Shown here: one piece after another, positions 19,902-29,800 of the stretch
Layout: the number at the start of each line of letters is the position of its first letter
Numbering within the stretch: the first letter of the stretch is position 1
From: Bacteroidales bacterium
GTDB taxonomy: Bacteria; Bacteroidota; Bacteroidia; Bacteroidales; JAADGE01
Reading direction: 5' to 3'
Length of the DNA: 39,779 bases
Assembly: GCA_024762915.1 (NCBI GenBank)
Contig: JANTGL010000001.1
Coordinates: forward strand, 1 to 39,779
Position numbers and translations under genes: made by a program
The notes under the pieces: generated by a model
What the model was told of the DNA's origin: nothing
The model's database searches: none
Seen by the model: the letters and a program-made list of their open reading frames with translations, nothing else

Positions 19902-19938
19902 AAAAAAAACCTGCAACTATAAAATTACAGGTTTTTTT
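19902..19938 (-). terminator. intrinsic (bidirectional-type) terminator after kbl
   Basis: AAAAAAACCTG (19902-19913) pairs with CAGGTTTTTTT (19928-19938) across a 14-nt loop. On the minus strand this is a stem followed by a T-run 20 nt after the kbl stop. Confidence 0.7.
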
Positions 19939-19957
19939 AAACTTTCGGTTAAGTTTT

Positions 19958-21184
19958 TTATTCTCCGTACATTTCAATTATTTCTTCTTTACTTTTTCCG
20001 AGAATGTTAAATTCTTTTCCGATTTTAATAAAAGCATTAATCGCTTTATCCAAATGTTCTTTTTCGTGAGCGGCAGAAAGTTGAATTCTTATTCTGGCTT
20101 GACCTTTTGCTACAACCGGATAATAAAATCCGATAACATAAATTCCTTCATTGAGAAGTTTTGATGCAAAATCTTGAGATAATTTAGCATTGAAAAGCAT
20201 TAAAGCAACAATGGCAGAATCCGAAGGTTTAATAACAAAACCGGCTTTTTCCATTTTTTCTCTGAAATATTTTGAATTGCCGATAACCTTATCCCTGAGT
20301 TCTGTTGATTCGCTAAGAACATTAAAAACTTCCAGTGCTGCACCTACAATGACCGGAGACAATGAATTAGAAAATAAATAAGGACGCGAACGTTGACGAA
20401 GCATATCAATAATTTCTTTTTTGCCGGTAGTGAAACCGCCCATGGCTCCTCCGAGTGCTTTTCCGAGTGTGCTTGTGATAATGTCAACACGATTCATTAC
20501 ATTATTATATTCATGCGTGCCTCTTCCTGTTTTTCCTATAAATCCGGATGCATGGCTGTCATCTACCATCACCATTGCATCATATTTTTCGGCTAAATCA
20601 CAAATTTGATCTAATTTGGCTATATCGCCGTCCATTGAAAAAACACCGTCGGTTACAATAATCCTGAAACGTTGCGCTTGAGCTACTTTAAGTTGAGTTT
20701 CAAGATCTTCCATATTGCTGTGATTGTATCGATATCTGGCTGCTTTGCAGAGTCTTACGCCGTCAATAATGGAAGCATGATTCAACTCGTCCGAAATTAT
20801 GGCATCGTCTTGGGTAAAAAGCGGCTCAAATACACCACCGTTTGCATCAAAAGCAGCAGCGTATAAAATGGTATCTTCCGTACCGAAAAATTCAGCAATT
20901 TTATGTTCTAATTCTTTATGAATATCCTGAGTTCCGCAGATAAAACGAACCGAAGACATGCCGTAACCGTGTGTATCCAAAGCTTTTTTTGCCGCATTAA
21001 TTACTTTTGGGTGTGAAGAAAGTCCGAGATAATTGTTGGCACAAAAATTAATAACAGTTTCTCCGGTTGTAAGAGAAATTTCAGCACCTTGAGGTGTTGT
21101 GATAATGCGTTCGTCTTTGTATAAACCGGCATCTTTAATCGATTGCAATTCAGCAGTTAAATAATCTTTTATTTTACTGTACAT
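19958..21184 (-). CDS. kbl: glycine C-acetyltransferase (2-amino-3-ketobutyrate CoA ligase)
   Basis: 408 aa alpha-oxoamine synthase. Kbl-type motifs: [48 protein letters not shown] (PLP Lys), [12 protein letters not shown] and [11 protein letters not shown]. Confidence 0.92.
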   Translation of the reverse strand: MYSKIKDYLTAELQSIKDAGLYKDERIITTPQGAEISLTTGETVINFCANNYLGLSSHPKVINAAKKALDTHGYGMSSVRFICGTQDIHKELEHKIAEFFGTEDTILYAAAFDANGGVFEPLFTQDDAIISDELNHASIIDGVRLCKAARYRYNHSNMEDLETQLKVAQAQRFRIIVTDGVFSMDGDIAKLDQICDLAEKYDAMVMVDDSHASGFIGKTGRGTHEYNNVMNRVDIITSTLGKALGGAMGGFTTGKKEIIDMLRQRSRPYLFSNSLSPVIVGAALEVFNVLSESTELRDKVIGNSKYFREKMEKAGFVIKPSDSAIVALMLFNAKLSQDFASKLLNEGIYVIGFYYPVVAKGQARIRIQLSAAHEKEHLDKAINAFIKIGKEFNILGKSKEEIIEMYGE

Positions 21185-21272
21185 GATATTTAGTTTTTTA
21201 AAGGTTGATTTTCAAAATTAAGCAAAACTACATAAATTATTTTCATTAGAATTAAAAATCCTCTTTACAGGA

Positions 21273-21303
21273 GTTGTTTAATAACATTTATACTTTATAT
21301 TTG
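21273..21303 (+). promoter_or_regulatory. candidate promoter for the hemerythrin-like gene
   Basis: gTTG (21273-21276), a 19-nt spacer, then TATATTTG (21296-21303), an exact TAnnTTTG -7 motif about 45 nt upstream of the ATG at 21349. Confidence 0.4.
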
Positions 21304-21348
21304 CAAAAAAATGTTACAAAACATTGATGTAAAACAAAAAATATCATT

Positions 21349-21780
21349 ATGTTAATAGATTGGGAAAAGAAATTTGAAACAGGTATAAATCGTATTGATG
21401 AACAACATAAACAGCTTGTTGCTATTATCAATAAACTGCATGAAAACATTATAATCCAAAAAGACGGTTCATCAGTAAATGGTTTATTAATGGATTTGAA
21501 AATATATACGATAGATCATTTTACAACCGAGGAAAAAATGTTGAAAAAATATAAATATCCCGGTGAAGATGACCACATTAAAATTCATCAAAAATTTATT
21601 AATAAAATATCCGAAAATTTATATGATGTAAATTCTGCACCTTTAGCTCAAGGGTATCAATTAATTGAATTTTTAAAAGCTTGGTTGATGAATCATATTT
21701 TGATTCATGACATGGAATATGTTACACATTTTAAGAAACATCATACATTTTTAGCTGATATTCAAACAGATATTTTGTAA
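21349..21780 (+). CDS. hemerythrin-like metal-binding protein (bacteriohemerythrin)
   Basis: 143 aa. It has the W..KF.TGI..ID.QHK.L pattern at the N-terminus and His/Glu/Asp iron ligand positions (DHFTTEE, HIKIHQKF, NHILIHD). Confidence 0.85.
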   Translation: MLIDWEKKFETGINRIDEQHKQLVAIINKLHENIIIQKDGSSVNGLLMDLKIYTIDHFTTEEKMLKKYKYPGEDDHIKIHQKFINKISENLYDVNSAPLAQGYQLIEFLKAWLMNHILIHDMEYVTHFKKHHTFLADIQTDIL

Positions 21781-21870
21781 TTCTTCGTATTTAATAAAAA
21801 TTATTAAAAAATAACAATGATAATTAAAAGATAATGTAATTTTACACTCTGAATTTTCGTTTAGGATAAA

Positions 21871-22491
21871 ATGCGCAGTTTTTTTTTAATATTATTTGTT
21901 TTCTCAGGTAGCTTTCTTTTTTCTCAAAAGAAATTAAATGCGATTGATTTTCTTGAGAAAATGAAAAAAGAAGGCGGCGGAATTTTAGAAGTAAAAATTT
22001 CCCCTGAGGGAGATACGACTTTTAATGTATATATTAGTCCGGTTGTTATTTTTCCTCCTCGTACTTTCCGAAACAAAAGAGAACGAAAAAGATATTATCG
22101 GATGGTAAGAAACGTTAAAAAAGTATATCCTTATTCCTTAATTATTAATCGTATTTTTATTGAATCGGAGTTTGTGTTAAGGCATATGGATAATAACAGA
22201 GAACGAAAAAGATATATTAATGAGAAAGAAAAAGAATTAAAAAAAGAATTTGAAGGAGATATCAGAAATATGACTTATTCTCAGGGACGAATTTTAATCA
22301 AATTAGTTGATCGACAAACCAGCCATACGACTTATGAATTGGTGAAACATTTTAAAGGCAGTGTTTCAGCTTTCTTTTGGCAAGGAATAGCACGCATTTT
22401 TCAAACGAATTTAAAATATGAATACGATCCTGACGGAACTGATAAATGGATAGAAGAAATAGTGGCAAGAATAGAAAACGGACAACTTTGA
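21871..22491 (+). CDS. DUF4294-like secreted protein of unknown function
   Basis: 206 aa with a signal peptide. Conserved-looking blocks (RERKRYYRMVRNVKKVYPY, QGRILIKLVDRQTSHTTYELVK, FFWQGIARIF) match my recollection of the Bacteroidota DUF4294 family. This is not verifiable here. Confidence 0.55.
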   Translation: MRSFFLILFVFSGSFLFSQKKLNAIDFLEKMKKEGGGILEVKISPEGDTTFNVYISPVVIFPPRTFRNKRERKRYYRMVRNVKKVYPYSLIINRIFIESEFVLRHMDNNRERKRYINEKEKELKKEFEGDIRNMTYSQGRILIKLVDRQTSHTTYELVKHFKGSVSAFFWQGIARIFQTNLKYEYDPDGTDKWIEEIVARIENGQL

Positions 22492-22509
22492 TGCTGTCCG
22501 TTTTTGTTT
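22475..22509 (+). terminator. intrinsic terminator overlapping the stop codon of the DUF4294-like gene
   Basis: AAAACGGACA (22475-22484) pairs with TGTCCGTTTT (22495-22504). The 10-nt loop contains the TGA stop, and TTTTTGTTT follows. The flanking A-run and T-run allow bidirectional use for the convergent 22528..23127 gene. Confidence 0.7.
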
Positions 22510-22527
22510 GATAATATTCAGACCTTA

Positions 22528-23127
22528 TTAAAATCCTTTATTTTTAAGTAAGAATTTTGCCAATTCTTTACCTGCTTTTGCATAAGCTTCTTTAATACGC
22601 TCACCGGTATCCCAACCGGCTCCTGAATTTCCGGGTGATTTTTTAATGTCAATTTTTGCTAAAACAGTATTCGGATCGGAAGTTTTAACAAATAAAGCTT
22701 CGCAATTAATGGTTGCCGGGGCTGATGAAATGCCGATGTAATAACCGGGTTCGGTAAAATAGGTATGCAAAATCATGGTATATTCCGCATCTGAGCTGTT
22801 TTGTTCAGCAACGGCATCTTTTTTCTCAATGTATTTATTAAAAAGCATTTCAAATTTAGGTTCAAACCGTTTTTCTCTGTCTTCCGTCCACATCGTTGCC
22901 CATTTATCTCCGCGACCGGCTTCTTTATTATTGTATTCTTCGGTTTTTTTGGCAAGATAATCTGCTTCGAAATATTTTCCTACGGTCATATCATCGTAGG
23001 TGTATTCCAGATTCAAATTTTTTACCCCTTTTAAAAAATTCAGATTTCCTTCAAGCAATTTGATTCTTTGTGCTTGTACATTTCCGGTTAAGAAAATTAC
23101 CAATACTGCTAATAATACTTTTTTCAT
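22528..23127 (-). CDS. hypothetical secreted protein
   Basis: 199 aa with a cleavable signal peptide (LTGNVQAQ). I recognise no motif. It lies 25 nt downstream of the TlpA-like gene on the same strand. Confidence 0.6.
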   Translation of the reverse strand: MKKVLLAVLVIFLTGNVQAQRIKLLEGNLNFLKGVKNLNLEYTYDDMTVGKYFEADYLAKKTEEYNNKEAGRGDKWATMWTEDREKRFEPKFEMLFNKYIEKKDAVAEQNSSDAEYTMILHTYFTEPGYYIGISSAPATINCEALFVKTSDPNTVLAKIDIKKSPGNSGAGWDTGERIKEAYAKAGKELAKFLLKNKGF

Positions 23128-23152
23128 GGCTTTGTTTTTAGTGAATAATTAT

Positions 23153-23764
23153 TTATTTGTTTATTAATTCGTTAATAAGTTTTTGAGTTTTCTGCCCGCT
23201 CCAATTCGTAGCGCCTGTTTCTCGAACCATAATTTCTCCTTTTTTTGAAATAATAAAGGTAACAGGAATTGCATTTGATTGAAAAACAGTCGGAGATTTT
23301 GTTTGAGAAGTAAAAATAGGAAAAGAATAATTTCTTTTATTGATAAAACCTTTTGCTTTTTGCATCGGTTCATTTGTTACCAATAAAAATTGAATATCCG
23401 GATTATCTTTATACTTATTATATAATTTTTGAATTTCAGGCATTTCACCCACACAAGGCGGACACCAAGTACCCCAAAAGTTTAAGAAAATAACTTTCCC
23501 TTTATAATCTGCAAAATTAACCGATGCATTTTCGGGATTTTCAAGTTGCCAATTATAACTTGTTTCAGACAGTTTTACAATGTCTTTTGCAGATTTAACG
23601 GAAGGTGTTACAATATATGCTCTGATTCGATTGACAAAGCCGCCGACTCCCATTCTTCCCGAAGGTGTTAACATCACAAGAATGAAGATAATAAATATGA
23701 CGTCCGTAATTTTTGACCACAACGATTTTTTCTTATATTTTTCAATATAATTTTTAATGTTCAT
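23153..23764 (-). CDS. TlpA/ResA-like thiol-disulfide oxidoreductase (thioredoxin fold), membrane anchored
   Basis: 203 aa with an N-terminal TM helix (ITDVIFIIFILVMLT) and a thioredoxin-fold active site, FWGTWCPPCVGEMPE. Confidence 0.85.
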   Translation of the reverse strand: MNIKNYIEKYKKKSLWSKITDVIFIIFILVMLTPSGRMGVGGFVNRIRAYIVTPSVKSAKDIVKLSETSYNWQLENPENASVNFADYKGKVIFLNFWGTWCPPCVGEMPEIQKLYNKYKDNPDIQFLLVTNEPMQKAKGFINKRNYSFPIFTSQTKSPTVFQSNAIPVTFIISKKGEIMVRETGATNWSGQKTQKLINELINK

Positions 23765-23880
23765 TTTTTAAAAATTTTGCCAAAGATAAAGTTTGTTTTT
23801 CAGTTTTCGTATTTGTTTTTATAAAAATATTAACTTTCTTTATATGAAATTATTATTCAGAAATATTAATTAAATATCAG

Positions 23881-24291
23881 GACATCGAAATTTATCAAAA
23901 TCATATTGTTTTATTTGACGGTATTTGCAATTTCTGTTCGGGGATTGTAAAATACATTATAAAACATGACAAAAAAAGTATATTTAAATTTGCATCATTG
24001 CAATCAAAAATCGGAGAGAACTATTTGAATCATTTTGATTTAACTGATTCCTCCCCGGATACTTTTGTATATATCCGCAATAATGCGGCTTATATAAGAT
24101 CTTCTGCGGCTTTATATGTATTGAAAGATTTGGGCGGCTTCTTTAAATTATTTTTTGTTTGCATTATTTTTCCGAAATTCTTTCGTGATGTTCTTTATAA
24201 TTTAATTGCAAAATACAGGTATCGGCTGTGGGGCAAAAAAGATGTTTGTATGATACCTGATGAATCTGTGTCTGCCGGGTTTGGGGAATAA
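23881..24291 (+). CDS. DCC-family (DUF393) thiol-disulfide oxidoreductase; start codon unresolved
   Basis: The reading frame is open from 23848. Family-defining sequence HIVLFDGICNFCSGIVKYIIKHDKKSIFKFASLQS begins at about 23902, upstream of the TTG (23998) used by the ORF track. There is no ATG, GTG or TTG in frame between the stop at 23845-23847 and 23998. The start given here is approximate. Confidence 0.6.
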   Translation, partial: DIEIYQNHIVLFDGICNFCSGIVKYIIKHDKKSIFKFASLQSKIGENYLNHFDLTDSSPDTFVYIRNNAAYIRSSAALYVLKDLGGFFKLFFVCIIFPKFFRDVLYNLIAKYRYRLWGKKDVCMIPDESVSAGFGE

Positions 24292-24294
24292 AAA

Positions 24295-24322
24295 AGTCTG
24301 CAATATTTTTTGCAGACTTTTT
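24295..24322 (+). terminator. intrinsic terminator after the DCC-family gene
   Basis: AGTCTGCAA (24295-24303) pairs with TTGCAGACT (24310-24318) across a 6-nt loop, followed by TTTT. It starts 4 nt after the stop codon. Confidence 0.8.
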
Positions 24323-24457
24323 ACGTTTGATTATGAGAAATTAATTGTTATAAATATGACTTGAATATCGAGAAAAGGTTTAATGTTTAAAGGCATATAT
24401 TTAAAAACAAAATATTTTTTTTGTAGCTTTACAGATAATTTCAAAAAAATTAATCTT

Positions 24458-25348
24458 ATGAAAAAATTTTCAAAACTCAGTATTTTGCTGTTTCTAATTT
24501 TGTTTGTTGCATCGGCATGTAAAAAAGAATCTTTTAAAAGTATAAAAGATGTTAAGTTAAGAGTTGATTTTACAACGCCTGCAAATGCTTCAAAAATTGA
24601 TATGACTAAACAAACACCGCAGAACTATTATGTTGCTTTAAAAAGTGTTACGCTAGTAGGGGATGAAGGGACTTCAGATATAGAAGTTTTTAATGAAAGT
24701 GATTTAGCTTCATCTTTTGTTTTTGACTTTACGGATACCGAAACTGTTCATTCTTTATTACAAGGTGCAACCGTTCCGGACGGTAATTATTCTTCGGTTA
24801 AAGTTGAAATTTATTATTTGCAAATGAAACTTGATATTTCGGCAAGCACCGGAATTCAAAAAAGAAATATTCGTATTTATTTATCTGACGATGCCGAAAC
24901 GGAAGGCGGATTACACCAAGCCGGAGATATGACACAAGTATCTGATGCCGGAACAGAAGAAGGATGGATGCTGGGAAATGGACAAGATCCGGATATGACA
25001 CCGGTTTCACCTCGCTCAGCTGCATATACATTTGATGAGGGTGACGACGGTTTAGGAGACGGTAATACTTGGTTTGATTTTGCCGGGAAACCCGGAAATA
25101 ATTTCGGTCCCTTCGGTGATACCGATTTTATGAATAATGCACCGCATCCGATTTATTCTGCCGTTGTTAATTTTGATTTAACAGATAAGGGAGGAGAAAA
25201 TATTATTCTTGATTTTAATGTGAATAATTGTTGGCAATTTGAAGACAGAGATTCTAACGGTGCATTTGGTGCAGGAGATCTTTCGGAAGATCCTTACCCG
25301 ACTAAGTGGAATATGGCACTGCCGATTATGAGTGTCACGTTGGAATAA
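24458..25348 (+). CDS. hypothetical lipoprotein
   Basis: The ATG at 24458 gives MKKFSKLSILLFLILFVASAC (signal plus lipobox). The track start at 24383 adds a non-signal-like extension. The C-terminal half is rich in Asp and Gly. No family is recognised. Confidence 0.65.
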   Translation: MKKFSKLSILLFLILFVASACKKESFKSIKDVKLRVDFTTPANASKIDMTKQTPQNYYVALKSVTLVGDEGTSDIEVFNESDLASSFVFDFTDTETVHSLLQGATVPDGNYSSVKVEIYYLQMKLDISASTGIQKRNIRIYLSDDAETEGGLHQAGDMTQVSDAGTEEGWMLGNGQDPDMTPVSPRSAAYTFDEGDDGLGDGNTWFDFAGKPGNNFGPFGDTDFMNNAPHPIYSAVVNFDLTDKGGENIILDFNVNNCWQFEDRDSNGAFGAGDLSEDPYPTKWNMALPIMSVTLE

Positions 25349-25390
25349 ATTAAAAGAATAAAATTCGACTAACGGAAAGGAGAGGTTTTA

Positions 25391-25891
25391 TTACTTCTCT
25401 TTTCTGTTTCTAATATAATCATAAAAAGTAAACTTTAAACCGTTCTTATCATCCTTAAAAGTCTTAGAAATATTATCAACTTCCCATATCAAGTAATCTA
25501 TTTCCGGAAAAAAAGTATCACCTTCAAAAGATTGATGAATTCTTGTAAGATACATCTTGTCTGCGATCGGTAAAAATAATTTATATATTTCGGCACCTCC
25601 GCAAATAAATATTTCATCTTCGTTTTTACATTCTTTTAGGGCATCTTCGATTGAATTTACTGTTATTGCACCCTCAAAAATCAATTTTTTTTGAGAACTT
25701 AAAATAATGTTTTTCCTTTTGGGTAAAGGTTTGAAAGGGAGGGATTCATAGGTTTTTCTGCCCATAATAACGGGATGCCCGGACGTTAATTTTTTAAAAC
25801 GTTTTAAATCTTCGGAAAGGTGCCAAATTAATTCATTGTTTTTACCGATAACATTATTTTCGGCTATAGCTGCTATTATTGATATTCTCAT
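25391..25891 (-). CDS. folA: dihydrofolate reductase
   Basis: 166 aa. Motifs: ISIIAAIAENNVIGKNNELIW, PVIMGRKTYESL and FICGGAEIY. It starts 2 nt after thyA. Confidence 0.93.
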   Translation of the reverse strand: MRISIIAAIAENNVIGKNNELIWHLSEDLKRFKKLTSGHPVIMGRKTYESLPFKPLPKRKNIILSSQKKLIFEGAITVNSIEDALKECKNEDEIFICGGAEIYKLFLPIADKMYLTRIHQSFEGDTFFPEIDYLIWEVDNISKTFKDDKNGLKFTFYDYIRNRKEK

Positions 25892-25893
25892 AT

Positions 25894-26688
25894 TTAAACT
25901 GAAATTGCACCTTTTATATGAGGATGCGGGTTGTAATTTTCTAATGTGAAATCTTCGTATTTAAAATCAAGAACATTCTTAACTTCCGGGTTTAAAATCA
26001 GTGTCGGAAGTTTTCGGGGTTCTCTGTTTAGTTGCATTTTAACTTGTTCAATATGATTTAAGTAGATATGCGCATCTCCGAGAGTGTGAACAAAATCACC
26101 AAGTTCATATCCGGTTTCTTGAGCAACCATCATAACCAGCAATGCGTATGAAGCAATATTAAACGGTACACCGAGAAAAATATCGGCACTTCTTTGATAG
26201 AGTTGACACGATAATTTATTGTCGGCAACATAAAATTGAAATAAAATATGGCAAGGAGGCAGATTCATTTTATCTAAATCGCCTACGTTCCAAGCACTTA
26301 CAATATGTCTTCTGGAGTTCGGGTTTTCTTTAAGTTGTTTGATAACATTTGAAAGCTGATCAATATGTCCGCTGTTTTCGGTTGTCCACGAACGCCATTG
26401 GTAACCGTAAATTCTTCCGAGTTCACCGTCCGGATCTGCCCATTCGTTCCATATTCTCACACCGTTTTCCTGTAGATATTTCGTATTGGTTGAACCTTTT
26501 ATAAACCAAAGTAATTCGTGAATAATTGATTTTAGATGTATTTTTTTTGTTGTAACGAGCGGAAAACCCTTTTGTAAATTAAATCGCATTTGGTGTCCGA
26601 AAACACTGACGGTTCCGGTTCCGGTTCGATCTTCTTTTTTAACACCTTCATCAAGAACTCTGTTTAAAAGGTTTAAATATTGCTGCAT
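25894..26688 (-). CDS. thyA: thymidylate synthase (ThyA type)
   Basis: 264 aa. Motifs: [19 protein letters not shown], the catalytic LPPCH motif, DLGPVYG-like RIYGYQWR and DAHIYLNH. Confidence 0.97.
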   Translation of the reverse strand: MQQYLNLLNRVLDEGVKKEDRTGTGTVSVFGHQMRFNLQKGFPLVTTKKIHLKSIIHELLWFIKGSTNTKYLQENGVRIWNEWADPDGELGRIYGYQWRSWTTENSGHIDQLSNVIKQLKENPNSRRHIVSAWNVGDLDKMNLPPCHILFQFYVADNKLSCQLYQRSADIFLGVPFNIASYALLVMMVAQETGYELGDFVHTLGDAHIYLNHIEQVKMQLNREPRKLPTLILNPEVKNVLDFKYEDFTLENYNPHPHIKGAISV

Positions 26689-26807
26689 AGATAAAAATTT
26701 AATTTACAAAAATATCAAATTTATCTTTGTAATCCGAAATACCGGAAGGATATTATTAACAAATTTCTTATATATTCGATTACTTTTTTTCAAAGGGAAT
26801 TTTTCAG

Positions 26808-26815
26808 TATATTTG
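26808..26815 (+). promoter_or_regulatory. candidate -7 promoter element upstream of the sensor phosphatase gene
   Basis: TATATTTG is an exact TAnnTTTG match, 17 nt upstream of the ATG at 26832. The -33 region is only T-rich with no clean TTTG. Confidence 0.3.
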
Positions 26816-26831
26816 TTTTCTGTTTATTATT

Positions 26832-29800
26832 ATGATTATGAGATTGAAATACACTATTTTATTACGTTATTCTCTTTCCCTTTTGATTTTTATCTTTTCC
26901 GGCTTATCAATTTATGCACAAAAAGGCAGTCCGTTTATTACCAATTATAAATTAAAAAATAAATATAAACTTCATAATTGGTTTATTATACAAGATAAAG
27001 ATGAAATGATGTTTTTTGCCAATCAAAAAGGCGTTTTGAGTTTTGACGGTTCAGATTGGGATCTTATTGCAACACCTACAATGCCTTTAACAATGTATTC
27101 CGACACCACTGATCATAAAATTTATGCCGGATGTGTCAATGATGTCGGTTATATTGAAAGAGATACAACCGGAAGCTACGTGTATGTTTCAATTAAAAAA
27201 GCATCCGAGAATATCGGAAAAGTAATTGAAATCTCTTCATCAGAAAACAAACTTATTGTATTGTCAGAAAATTTTATAACATTTTTTAATACAGATGATT
27301 ATGAAGTTATAAAGCGAATTCCCAATCGAAAAGAAAAAGGGTTTTTAAAAAATATTATTTCTGTTTCAGATGAATTATTTCTGGTTACGGATAATAATAT
27401 TTTCTATAAATTAAAAGATGATTCGCTTAATCGTTTTAAGGTAAAGAATAAAAAAAACATCGGGAAAATATTATTTGATTTTCCGATAAGTAAAACAAGA
27501 TCGATAATCGGAACGGATGCAAATAAATTGTATTTTTTCGGCGGAAAATCCGTCTGGAGATTTAATATTCAAGATCAAAAATATTTGGATGAAAGTATTT
27601 TAACCGATGCTGTGTTATTGTCTGACAGAAAAATTGTATTGTCTACATTAATCGGAGGAATTTTAATTATTGATTCTAAAACAAGAAAAACAATAAAAAG
27701 TATTAATTATTCATCAGGATTACCCGATAATGAAATTTTTGCAATCGGAAAGGATGATAATAACGGCTTGTGGTTGTCTCACGGATTGGGAATAAGTCGT
27801 ATAGATTTTTCGATTCCCGTTAAATTTTATCATACTTATCCGGGTATTGAAGGGCGATTGTTGTCGGTAATCAATAATAATAATACCATTTATGTCGGAA
27901 CAAATAAGAATTTGTATTTTTTGGAAGAACTGGATGCTTACAAACGTGCCCAACTTATTGAAGCAAAGATTTATACTGTTTCAAAAACATTAAAAAACAA
28001 GAAAGAATTAAAAGCAAAAGAAGATGCAAAGAAGAAAGGATTATTTTCAGGACTTCACAAAAAAATAAAAGAATTTGTTTCACCTGATAATACAATCAGT
28101 TTAACCGAGAGCAAAAGAAACGCTTTAATTCGGAAACGAAAATTATTAGGATTGCAATCTGTCAGTCATTCTTATAATAAGATTGAAGGATTAGAAGACC
28201 GATGTAAACTTTTAGTTCCGTACGGAGATAAGCTGTTGGCAGGAGGGAATAACGGTCTGTATGAAGTTGCTGATAATAAGGCGGAACGGATAATTGAAGA
28301 TCAATACGTTAATAATATTATTCAAGCAAAAAATAATCCCGACTTGTTTTATGTTTGTACAAATAACGGATTATTTTTATTGGAATTTACTGAAGATGAC
28401 CGTATTATTACTCAAGTTGAAGATTTGAAAAAGAAGCATGTAAGTTCCGTATCGGAAAATGACACGGCTGTTTGGATAGGGACTGACGAAAATGTGTATT
28501 TGATTGATTTAAGAACAAATACAATAGCAAGTTATGAAATAGATAATAAGTATGCCGAAGCTTCAACTTTACAAGAATTCAATAATAATCTTTATGTTTT
28601 ATTACCGTCAGAAATTTTTTATTATGATGCGAAGCAAGATCGTTTTGTTGTTTTGTTGTCCGGAAATTTTTCCTATATTAAAAAACAAAAAGATGTTTTA
28701 TGGCTTAATAATAATGAAAAATGGTATTCGGCTATACAACCGAAAGATTATGATCGAGCGAATAATATATATTTGAATCTGTTTAATGATATTGAATATA
28801 TTTATGTCGATAAATTAAATGATACATGGGTAATTGATGATGATAACAATTTGTATAAAATTAACAATCTGAATATTACTCTTTATAATCCGGAACAAAA
28901 TGTGTTAATTAAAAATATAACAAATCAGAACGACAAGAAGTTTTCTTTAAATAACTTAACTTTAGCTTCGGATGAAAATTATCTGCGTATCCGGTTTTCT
29001 GCACCGTTTTTCCTAAAACAAGATGCAACGGAATATCAATATTTTTTAGAGGGTTTAATGAAAACTCGGTCCGTTTGGGGAAATTCTCCGGAAATTTCTT
29101 TTCCTTATGTCCCGCACGGCAATTATACATTACATGTAAAAGCTAAAAATATTCTCGGAAATATAAGTGAGGAAAAAAAGATTTCTTTTTCCGTTAAAGC
29201 ACCGTTTTGGGAGAAAGATTGGTTTTTAATCAGTTCTGCTTTGACGTTTTTCTTGTTAATAATTTTAATTGTTAAATTAAGAGAAAGAAAGCTTCAAAAG
29301 AATCAAAAAATATTGGAGCGAAAAATTCAAGAAAGAACAAAAACAATTGAAGAACAAAAAAATCAATTGGCACAAAAGAATAAAAGTATTAAAGAAAGTA
29401 TCGTATATGCCGGACGAATACAAAAAGCCGTTATGCCTTCGGACGAATTGATGGGGCAATTATTTAATGATTATTTTGTTTATTTTAAACCGAGAGATAT
29501 TGTAAGCGGAGACTTTTATTGGTTGAAAAAAATTGGCGATTATACGGTTTATGCCGCGGCTGATTGTACCGGACACGGTGTTCCCGGTGCGCTGTTGAGT
29601 ATGTTGGGGATTTCGTTTCTAAATGAAATCGTATCAAAAGCACGTTTCGATACACCTGATGAAATTCTTAACCGATTAAGGAAAAAAATTAAAAAATCCT
29701 TAAACCAATCAGGCAGTAATTTTGAATCAAAAGACGGAATGGATATTGCGCTTTGTATAATTGATCATGATTCTTTACAGCTTCAATTTGCCGGTGCTTA

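Noticed and set aside
21311-21355. 14-codon upstream ORF (MLQNIDVKQKISLC) overlapping the hemerythrin start codon
   Set aside because: It has no distinguishing features, is AT-rich chance-level in length, and would lie at or upstream of the predicted transcription start.
24383-24457. ATG at 24383 as the start of the lipoprotein gene
   Set aside because: The internal ATG at 24458 gives a textbook signal peptide plus lipobox. The 25-residue extension (MFKGIYLKTKYFFCSFTDNFKKINL) would bury it.
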